Below, one piece after another: positions 30,011 to 37,837 of a stretch of 64,000 nucleotides of DNA. Position numbers and translations under genes: made by a program. The notes under the pieces were generated by a model. That model was not told the DNA's origin and did not search any database. It saw only the letters and a list, made by a program, of their open reading frames with translations. The stretch covers positions 64,001-128,000 of the forward strand of contig JBFWWG010000001.1 in NCBI GenBank assembly GCA_050246315.1. Direction: 5' to 3'. The stretch is from Nitrospiraceae bacterium. Its GTDB lineage: Bacteria; Nitrospirota; Nitrospiria; Nitrospirales; Nitrospiraceae. How positions within the stretch are numbered: the stretch's first letter is position 1; each line of letters starts with the position of its first letter.

Positions 30011-32365
30011 TTAGCCCAGGTCCACGGGGTCCACATCCACTTCAAACTTGAGGGTGCTGTGTCTTACAAGGCGTAAGAGATCCACGAGCGTCCGGCGCAC
30101 CGATTCTCGAACTTCTACCCCCTCCGTTGTCTTGATCAGCACACGCCATCGGTATCGGCCCCTCAGTCGCGCGACAGAGGCCGGCACCGGACCCAATACA
30201 ACAATCGGAGACCGCACCTGGGAGGAGTCGGCGTGTCCGGAGCCCGACTCCTCCCGCAGACCAACCTCTTTCCGAAACAGCGCGGCCCACTGCTCTGCAA
30301 CTCGGTGAACGGCCAGTTCGTCTCCTCCTGATACTTGCAGCACGATCAGACTGGCAAACGGCGGATAGCCGAGCGTCTTCCGTAGCTCCAATTCCGCATT
30401 CGTGAATAGGTCACGACGGCCTTCGACGATCGCTCGAATGACGTGATGGTGCGACAGGAAGGTTTGGAGGATCACGCGAGCGCTTGCCCCGCCATCGACC
30501 AACGCCACCGCATCCAACAATCCGTGATACGTTCGCTCGGCGGCACGAAAGTCCGGCACATGGAGCCCTGCGTCCGCAAAGGGAAGCCCGAGCAACCCAC
30601 ACCCCCGTGCGAGCGGCTCATGTAGGATCAGTTTCGTCCCAATCAGGACGTCCCAGGACGGAGCTCTCATGGTCTCCGCCGGAAATATCTTCTTCGATCG
30701 CGAACCGACTTCATCTCGATCTCGGCGTAGAATCCGAGCCGAAGGAAAGTGGCGTCGAACCTCTTCTTCGAGCCGCTCAGTACCGAAGCCGATCGCTCGA
30801 AACTCGGTACTCGAACAGGTAAGACACCGGTCTGGGGCAGCGGACCGAGCGCCGCAATACCGGCAGGCTAACAGGCGATCCCGCTGGGAAAACATGAGCG
30901 GCACAGAACAACGCGCGCAGCTCGGCGCGGCGCCGCAGGCTCCACAGGTGAGTGCCGGAGCATACCCTCGTCGATTCACATACAACACCACCCGCTGCCC
31001 AGCAGCCAGGGTCCGGCGCATGCCGTCAAGTAGCGGATCAGACAACACGGAACCGAACGGAGTTTGCGCAAGATCGACCACCTCGATCGCCATGCTCGAT
31101 GGTTCGGCTGGAAAGGACCAACGAGAGCCCTTCAACCTGACCCTTTCTTGCATCTCAAGGGAGGCGTGCCCGCTGACCAACAGCAGGGTAGCCCGATCCT
31201 GCTTGCAGCGATGCCAGACAACCTCACGCGCGTGGTATCGAGGTTCCTGCTCCTCCTTGAACGACGGATTTTCCTCCTCCTCCACGACGACCAGGCCAAG
31301 ACCTCGTAAGGGTGCGAACACCGCCGACCTGGTCCCGACCACCACGGCGACTTCACCCCTCCGGATGCGATGCCAGGTATTCGCACGCGCGACCGGTGCG
31401 AGCCCGCTATGGAGCAGGGCCACCCGAGCCCCCCACTGCGCCATGAGCATATCACCGATCGCGCAAGCCCGGCGGATCTCCGGAGTGATGAATAGACATC
31501 GTCGATTGGCTTCCAAGACCATGCGCGCTGCGGCGACCATCGCTTGTGTCCGTACTTGCTCATCCGCCTCGATCAAGATCGGTGTCCAGGATTGTCGGGT
31601 CACCGATTGCTGGATATCGCGCAAGAGAGGCTCCAACGAAGCCTCGACGGATTTGCCGGCCTCCGCCTGCCAGGCAAGCTGAACTGCCGGTTTGGTCTCA
31701 CCGGCGGCCTGGGTCATACTCTGGTTTACAGGGTCAGACACGGCGGCCTTCACGAGCCCGCGATTCAGCAGCGACACCAGCGTATCCTGTGTCAGGTGCG
31801 GCAGGCTTCGTTTGAGCATTGATAGAGTCTGGCCACGCTTCGAGCCTTTCAATCTCGCGAGGACCTCCGTTTCCAACCTGTTGAGCAAGGCTTGTCTCCT
31901 GGGGCTCGTCCCTCCCTCGAGTGCAAGAACAAATTTCATCTGTAGTGGCCGCAAGGATCTCGGCGGCAGGAGCAACGGCAAACATTGCCCCAACGGAGCC
32001 AGATAATACTCAGCCACCCATCGGGCGAGGCTCAACAATTGAGGGTCGAGCCTATCGCCTTCTCGATGGCCGACGGCAAGAATCGCTCGCCATCCTTTGG
32101 GGGGGCGTGGAATCTGGGGATGCACGGCGAGGTCTACGATAATGCCGCCAACTGTCGTGGAGCCAAAGGGAACGGTGACCGTTGTGCCCACCCGAACCAC
32201 TGACTGAAGCGAAACTGGAATGGAGTAGGTAAAGGGCCGATGCAGGCGGCGAGGCACGACCACGTCGGCGAACTGCGGCGGAAACTCGGATTGGGTGGAG
32301 GTGTTCGATTCGAACCGATTGGTTTCCACGCGCGGCATTCTAGCAGCCACGACCTGGGGGGACAA
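30011..32365 (-). CDS. priA: Primosomal protein N' (PriA) with degenerate helicase motifs
   Basis: 3'-binding domain (FTYSIP...VPFG), LLHSGL, GTRSAVFAP, PRYHAR, NRRGYAP, four CxxC, GFGTE, DFRAAER, YPPF, VDVDP. Start may be 32338. Confidence 0.9.
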   Translation of the reverse strand: MSPQVVAARMPRVETNRFESNTSTQSEFPPQFADVVVPRRLHRPFTYSIPVSLQSVVRVGTTVTVPFGSTTVGGIIVDLAVHPQIPRPPKGWRAILAVGHREGDRLDPQLLSLARWVAEYYLAPLGQCLPLLLPPRSLRPLQMKFVLALEGGTSPRRQALLNRLETEVLARLKGSKRGQTLSMLKRSLPHLTQDTLVSLLNRGLVKAAVSDPVNQSMTQAAGETKPAVQLAWQAEAGKSVEASLEPLLRDIQQSVTRQSWTPILIEADEQVRTQAMVAAARMVLEANRRCLFITPEIRRACAIGDMLMAQWGARVALLHSGLAPVARANTWHRIRRGEVAVVVGTRSAVFAPLRGLGLVVVEEEENPSFKEEQEPRYHAREVVWHRCKQDRATLLLVSGHASLEMQERVRLKGSRWSFPAEPSSMAIEVVDLAQTPFGSVLSDPLLDGMRRTLAAGQRVVLYVNRRGYAPALTCGACGAAPSCARCSVPLMFSQRDRLLACRYCGARSAAPDRCLTCSSTEFRAIGFGTERLEEEVRRHFPSARILRRDRDEVGSRSKKIFPAETMRAPSWDVLIGTKLILHEPLARGCGLLGLPFADAGLHVPDFRAAERTYHGLLDAVALVDGGASARVILQTFLSHHHVIRAIVEGRRDLFTNAELELRKTLGYPPFASLIVLQVSGGDELAVHRVAEQWAALFRKEVGLREESGSGHADSSQVRSPIVVLGPVPASVARLRGRYRWRVLIKTTEGVEVRESVRRTLVDLLRLVRHSTLKFEVDVDPVDLG

Positions 32366-32395
32366 TTTTGCGCGGAGGAAGCGAACCGTCGCTTG

Positions 32396-34042
32396 CTATG
32401 GAGCTGGGGCGGGAGCAGCGTCGTCGGACTGCGACTCGGTTGGCTCTGATCGATCCACGGGAACCGTGTCCGGAGCCGATTCAGAGCCTGGCGGCTCCAC
32501 GCCGCCCGAAGATTGATCCGCCAAAGATCCAGAACCCTGGGCCGCCTGACTTTCGGCTGGCGCGGTCGCAACTGGACTCGATGCGGGCGCACCGTCTACA
32601 ATCGGCTCATGAGAGAGACCGTTGGGGACAGTCTGCGCGGGACTTGGAACACGAGACAGGGTTGCGGTCCCCGCCGATTTAGCATCAGGCGGAGCGGGAT
32701 CGTGAGGAGTCTGTAGCGCCTCGGCAGATCGGGGAGGCGTGTGGAGCACCACTTCAATTCGGCGGTTCTTCCTGCGCCCCTGATCGGTCGCATTGCTAGC
32801 GACCGGCCGAGTCGCCCCATAGCCGACAGAGGAGAGTCGCTCTGAGGCGATTCCGGCCTCTTTCATGAGATATCGAGCCACATTGGTCGCACGCGCACTG
32901 GACAATTCCAAATTGGTCGGATACTTGCTCCTGAGTGACGGCCCTATTTCCTGACTATCCGCATGGCCTTCGATCCGGATTTTTGTGCCAGCCCCTTCCT
33001 GTTGGAGAATTTCGCCCATCTGCTTCAGAATCGGTTGGAAATCCGGCTTGATCGTGGCCTCACCCGACTCGAAGTGCACCCGATTCGCCAAGTCGTCCAA
33101 ACTTAGCACTATCCGGTTTTCTGATTCCTCCATGCGCATGCTGGCGCGACCTCCGCTCATGCGCGTCAGGTCATCGATTTTTTTGGCCAGTCGTTGAACA
33201 TCGCTCGTTTTCGATGGGGTCTCCTCTGGCACCTCAACCACCGGGATCGGAGTGGTCGCGGTTCGCATTCCGATCCGATCTCCGATCAGCAACGGGGCGA
33301 TCGCCTTGGTGACCAGCACCGTCGACGTGGATTCCTCCAAGGCCAGGACCTTGACTTCTCCGATGACGCGCCGAGGCAGCCCCCCTCCGACCCGGTAGAT
33401 TTCTAAATGATCGCCGAGTTCCACCCCATCATCTCGCCCAATGTCCAGATACACCACGTGCAACTGCCCGACCAGCGTTCGATTGGCCGGGAAGTCAACA
33501 ATCATTCCCTGGACATCGGCTGCCATTCGATCGGACTCGGATCGGCTCTCAATAGTCGGAGCAACGAACTTGGTCAACTGGTCTCCAGGCCCAATCGGCG
33601 AAAATGAGGCCACCAATTGCCCATGAACGAATTGCCCTTCTATTGCAACGACTTTAATGACGCCGAGTTGGTGGATGAGTTCGCCGAGGTATTTGCCAGT
33701 GACGGGATGAAACACCTTATGCTGACGACGATAGACCGTTAGGAGATCGCCAACGGTTGTGTCGCTTCCTGCCTTGAGTTTCAGATAGAGCCGGTGGCTT
33801 CCTCCAACCAACATTCGGCTTCCCGACACTTGGCTATCGCCTGTGACTTGATTGACCACGCCTTCAGATGGCATGCTGAACCGAATAAAACCGGCCGGAA
33901 ACGCCCAATGCTGATCCCCGCGGACCACGCTCTCCACGGCCGGATCGACGGTGTATCCGCCCATCGCGTGGGGCGCAGGCAGTTCAGCGAGAACCAAGAG
34001 GGTGAGGAAGAATCTGGAGGCTGGTCCGAGATGGGATCTCAT
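32396..34042 (-). CDS. Exported OmpA/MotB-domain protein
   Basis: Signal peptide; beta-rich N-terminal region; FESGEATIK, IEGHADS, TNLELSSARA, GRRKNRRIEV. Confidence 0.85.
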   Translation of the reverse strand: MRSHLGPASRFFLTLLVLAELPAPHAMGGYTVDPAVESVVRGDQHWAFPAGFIRFSMPSEGVVNQVTGDSQVSGSRMLVGGSHRLYLKLKAGSDTTVGDLLTVYRRQHKVFHPVTGKYLGELIHQLGVIKVVAIEGQFVHGQLVASFSPIGPGDQLTKFVAPTIESRSESDRMAADVQGMIVDFPANRTLVGQLHVVYLDIGRDDGVELGDHLEIYRVGGGLPRRVIGEVKVLALEESTSTVLVTKAIAPLLIGDRIGMRTATTPIPVVEVPEETPSKTSDVQRLAKKIDDLTRMSGGRASMRMEESENRIVLSLDDLANRVHFESGEATIKPDFQPILKQMGEILQQEGAGTKIRIEGHADSQEIGPSLRSKYPTNLELSSARATNVARYLMKEAGIASERLSSVGYGATRPVASNATDQGRRKNRRIEVVLHTPPRSAEALQTPHDPAPPDAKSAGTATLSRVPSPAQTVPNGLSHEPIVDGAPASSPVATAPAESQAAQGSGSLADQSSGGVEPPGSESAPDTVPVDRSEPTESQSDDAAPAPAP

Positions 34043-34531
34043 GATTGTGCCGACGTGGCAACCTTAGCAGATGCCGAGGTGCTGTCAAGCAATCCCGGCA
34101 AACCTGGCACCATCGGTTGCTCAGAAATTGATCAGTGCAATTGATCGTTCCAGAAGATGCTCACCTCCCGGCTGGCGGTGAACAGACATGGTTGAAAAAT
34201 CCGGCGCGAGGCCTTCTTCTCGCCAAATGAAACCAGCGCGAATCGAGACGCAGATCCCACGCCGTAAGAAGGGGCGGGCCGTCCCGCCGCTGAAGGCAGA
34301 ATGGGAACCGGGATCGGACACTGTGTCGTCCGGCCTCCGTATGCCTGCCTCCAACATGAAGCCCCACCCCACCTGACCATCAGAGCTACGCCACGGCCAT
34401 TGCTCTTGATAATGAATGCCCACATTCAAGACGATCGACTGGCTCAGAGGTCTTACCCCGCCAGATCTCAGGGGGATGGTCTCGAGTGGAGGTCCAATCC
34501 GCGGAGAACCCTCATTATTGTCGAGCCTTAA

Positions 34532-34868
34532 CAGGCTGCGGATACCCTCTCGTGGACTCCGGAAATCGTCGCCGACATCGATGTCTCAGACGACAACGGA
34601 AAGCCACGCAGAATGCTTCAAATGCCCGTCCTTCTCACCCCCCTCCAATCCCGATGCGCCGAGACGCACCTTTCCTCGGGCGCGGCCGCAGCGAACGAGG
34701 AGGCAAGGAGGTACATACCGCACCTCGTGTGATCCGCTCGCCCATCGGATAGTTCGTGGCGAGCGGAGAAACCCATTCTGGGTTAAGCCTCTTCGCATTG
34801 AACCCCTCGCATGAAGAGATGACAGCAATGGGTATCTCAACAAAGCTGGCGGACCTTTCAGCATCCTG
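34532..34868 (+). mobile_element. ~337-bp MITE-like structured element, family A copy 3
   Basis: TTAA-CAGGCTG...TTTCAGCATCCTG-TTAG; core matches the 17900-18234 copy. Confidence 0.8.
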
Positions 34869-34985
34869 TTAGGACTTTCGGGGTGGGGTCTCGGTAGGTC
34901 CTTTGTGCGCTTGCTATTGTTTTCTGCCGGTGACTAAGATTGCCGCTCATTTTTTCTCCCCCGAACACCCGTGTAGGGGACCGCG

Positions 34986-35369
34986 ATGCCCGGAACCGAG
35001 CTACTCCTCGAATATCTCAATAGTTACTTCCCCATCCTGCTGTTCATCTTCATCGCGCTGGCGTTTGGGGTCGTCACCTTGGTCGTGAGTTACCTGGTCC
35101 AACCCAAATATCCCGAACCGGAGAAACTCAGCACCTATGAATGCGGGTCCGAGCCCTTCTCGGATGCCCGCATGCCGTTCCCGGTGAGGTACTACATCTT
35201 TGCGATGCTGTTCGTCATTTTTGATATTGAAATTATCTTCTTGTACCCCTGGGCCGTCGTGTTCGACAAAATCGGCTTGATAGGGCTCCTTGAAATGATC
35301 ATTTTCATCGGCCTGTTCGTTGTGGCATACGTCTATGCCTGGCGAAAAGGGGCCTTGGAATGGGATTAG
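34986..35369 (+). CDS. nuoA: Complex I subunit A
   Basis: KLSTYECG, YYIFAMLFVIFDIE, LYPWA, WRKGALEW. Confidence 0.97.
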   Translation: MPGTELLLEYLNSYFPILLFIFIALAFGVVTLVVSYLVQPKYPEPEKLSTYECGSEPFSDARMPFPVRYYIFAMLFVIFDIEIIFLYPWAVVFDKIGLIGLLEMIIFIGLFVVAYVYAWRKGALEWD

Positions 35370-35423
35370 GCGGGTGGCGAGATCGGACAGGGGCGGGGCA
35401 TTGATCGACCAACAGGTGTCACC

Positions 35424-35951
35424 ATGGGCTTGATTCAAATCGGGCGTCACGACAAAGACGGTCAGGCGGACGTGATCACGACTACCGTCGAGAAGGCGGT
35501 GAACTGGGCTCGCAAGGGTTCGTTGTGGCCGATGACCTTCGGGCTGGCTTGCTGCGCGATCGAAATGATTGCCGCCGTCTCTTCCCGCTACGATATGGAC
35601 CGGTATGGCGCCGGCGTCTTCCGCGCCTCGCCTCGCCAATCGGATCTTATGATCGTCGCGGGCACCGTGTGCCGCCGGATGGCGCCAGTGATCAGAAAGA
35701 TTTACGACCAGATGCCGGAGCCCAAATACGTCATTGCGATGGGGTCATGCGCCACTTCGGGCAACATTTACGACAGTTACAGCGTCGTACAGGGAGTCGA
35801 TCGGTTTGTCCCTGTCGATATCTATGTCCCCGGATGCCCTCCAACACCGGAGGCCCTCTTCGACGGGATTCTCAAGCTCCAAGAGCGCATCATGCAGAAG
35901 CGCGTGTTCGTCAAGCAGCCGGAGCAGGTGAAGCTTCATCTGAAGGTATGA
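35424..35951 (+). CDS. nuoB: Complex I subunit B
   Basis: [29 protein letters not shown]. Confidence 0.98.
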   Translation: MGLIQIGRHDKDGQADVITTTVEKAVNWARKGSLWPMTFGLACCAIEMIAAVSSRYDMDRYGAGVFRASPRQSDLMIVAGTVCRRMAPVIRKIYDQMPEPKYVIAMGSCATSGNIYDSYSVVQGVDRFVPVDIYVPGCPPTPEALFDGILKLQERIMQKRVFVKQPEQVKLHLKV

Positions 35952-35952
35952 G

Positions 35953-36465
35953 ATGACCGCCGAATCTCTTCATCCGATTGCCCGTCGGATCAAAGACGCC
36001 TTTCCGAACGGGTTTGTCACCGCAGTCGAATGGCGAGGCGACTTGGCTGTGACGGTGACCCCGGACACGCTGCACGGTGCCGCGCGGTTTCTTCATGACG
36101 ACCCGGCGTTGGATTTCGATTATATCGTGCATGTCAGCTCCGTCGATTGGCCCGAGGATGAGGAGCGGTTCGAGGTCGTTTATGAATTTTATTCCATCAG
36201 GAAGCGCCATCGGATCCGGCTCAAGACTCGCGTCCGCGAGGCAGATTGTGTCGTGGATTCCCTCTGCGATATCTGGAAAGGCGCCGACTTCATGGAGCGG
36301 GAAGTCTTCGACATGATGGGCATCCGTTTTCGAAACCATCCCGATTTGCGCCGCATCCTCATGCCCGATGAGTATACGGAAGGGTATCCGCTCCGGAAGG
36401 ATTTTCCGCTCCGCGGCAAGGGGTGGCGCGACACCTTCGATTTCTTGAACGAACCGATGTCCTAG
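35953..36465 (+). CDS. nuoC: Complex I subunit C
   Basis: RFEVVY, EREVFDMMGI, HPDLRRIL, PLRKDFP. Confidence 0.97.
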   Translation: MTAESLHPIARRIKDAFPNGFVTAVEWRGDLAVTVTPDTLHGAARFLHDDPALDFDYIVHVSSVDWPEDEERFEVVYEFYSIRKRHRIRLKTRVREADCVVDSLCDIWKGADFMEREVFDMMGIRFRNHPDLRRILMPDEYTEGYPLRKDFPLRGKGWRDTFDFLNEPMS

Positions 36466-36474
36466 AGGCACGGC

Positions 36475-37731
36475 ATGGCGTCCCGACCGTTCGAAGACCA
36501 ACGAACGACCGTCTACAAGGTCGATCCGCAACACCCCGAGAGCGAGACGCTCCCGACGTTGCGCACGGAAGAACTGTTGTTGAATATGGGGCCGCAGCAC
36601 CCCAGTACCCATGGCGTGCTGAAGGTCATACTCGAACTGGAAGGCGAGAGGATCGTCAAGTCCATCCCGGTCATGGGCTACCTGCACCGTGGAGTCGAAA
36701 AGCTGGCGGAGGAGGGGACCTATCACCAGTTCATCCCGCACACGGACCGGTTGGACTACGTCTGCGCCATGTACAACAACTACGCTTACTGCCGCGCGGT
36801 CGAAAAACTGATTAACATCACCGTCCCGGAACGGGCGGAGTACCTGCGGACAATCGTCGCCGAGGTCCAGCGCATCATCGGTCACCTTTTCTGGTTGGGC
36901 ACCCAGGCGCTCGACATCGGGGCCATGACGGTCTTTTTTTATACGTTCCGCGATCGAGAAATCCTGTTGGATTGGTTCGACGAGCTCTGCGGCGCGAGGC
37001 TGACAACGAGTTGGTATCGTATCGGTGGGGTCGAACGAGATTTCACGCCTGCTCTCTTCGAGAAAATTCGCAAGTTCTTGGATTACTTCCCGCCGAAGAT
37101 CGAAGAATACGTCGTGTTCCTAGAAAAAAATCGCATCTGGCTTGCTCGGACGAAGGGCGTGGCCGTGATCTCGGCCGAGGATGCAGTCAGTTTTGGATTA
37201 AGCGGCCCGACCTTGCGCGGTTCGGGAGTCGACTACGACCTACGCAAGCATGAATCCTACGGAGCCTATCCCCGCTGCGAGTTCAGCGTGCCGATCGGCA
37301 AGAACGGCGACACCTACGACCGGTATTGGATTCGAGTATTGGAATTGCACGAGAGCGTCAAGATCATCCGTCAATGCCTAGAACAGATTCCGGCGGAAGG
37401 TCCGGTGATGGCCGACGTACCGAGCGTCACACTTCCGCCGAAAGAACGGGTCTTCACCAATCTGGAATCAATGATCCAACAGTTCAAGCTGTTCTCGCAG
37501 GGGTTCAACGCACCGCCGGGAGAGATCTACTGCGGCACCGAGGCTCACAAGGGCGAGCTTGGATTCTATATCGTGAGCACGGGGGGGGGGAAACCGTATC
37601 GGCTGAAAATCCGTTCGCCCTCCTTCATTCATATGGGTGCCTTCGATTTCATGGCAAAAGGCTATATGATCGCGGACGCGGTCACCATCTTCGGCACCTA
37701 TGACATCGTAATGGGAGAGTGCGACCGGTAG
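36475..37731 (+). CDS. nuoD: Complex I subunit D
   Basis: NMGPQHPSTHGVL, GYLHRGVEK, DRLDY, KGELG, DIVMGECDR. Confidence 0.98.
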   Translation: MASRPFEDQRTTVYKVDPQHPESETLPTLRTEELLLNMGPQHPSTHGVLKVILELEGERIVKSIPVMGYLHRGVEKLAEEGTYHQFIPHTDRLDYVCAMYNNYAYCRAVEKLINITVPERAEYLRTIVAEVQRIIGHLFWLGTQALDIGAMTVFFYTFRDREILLDWFDELCGARLTTSWYRIGGVERDFTPALFEKIRKFLDYFPPKIEEYVVFLEKNRIWLARTKGVAVISAEDAVSFGLSGPTLRGSGVDYDLRKHESYGAYPRCEFSVPIGKNGDTYDRYWIRVLELHESVKIIRQCLEQIPAEGPVMADVPSVTLPPKERVFTNLESMIQQFKLFSQGFNAPPGEIYCGTEAHKGELGFYIVSTGGGKPYRLKIRSPSFIHMGAFDFMAKGYMIADAVTIFGTYDIVMGECDR

Positions 37732-37837
37732 TCTAAAAGAGAAGGCGTCAACCATCACGCGTCAGTGGCGAGATGGCGGCGGTCGGTCCTCACATCGATT
37801 GACGGATGCCGCACAACGGTTGACGGGCGTAAGGACA

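Noticed and set aside
34096..34120. c-di-GMP-I riboswitch suggested by GGCAAACC
   Set aside because: Lacks the GAAA tetraloop stem and GACGCAAA segment, and lies on the strand opposite the adjacent gene.
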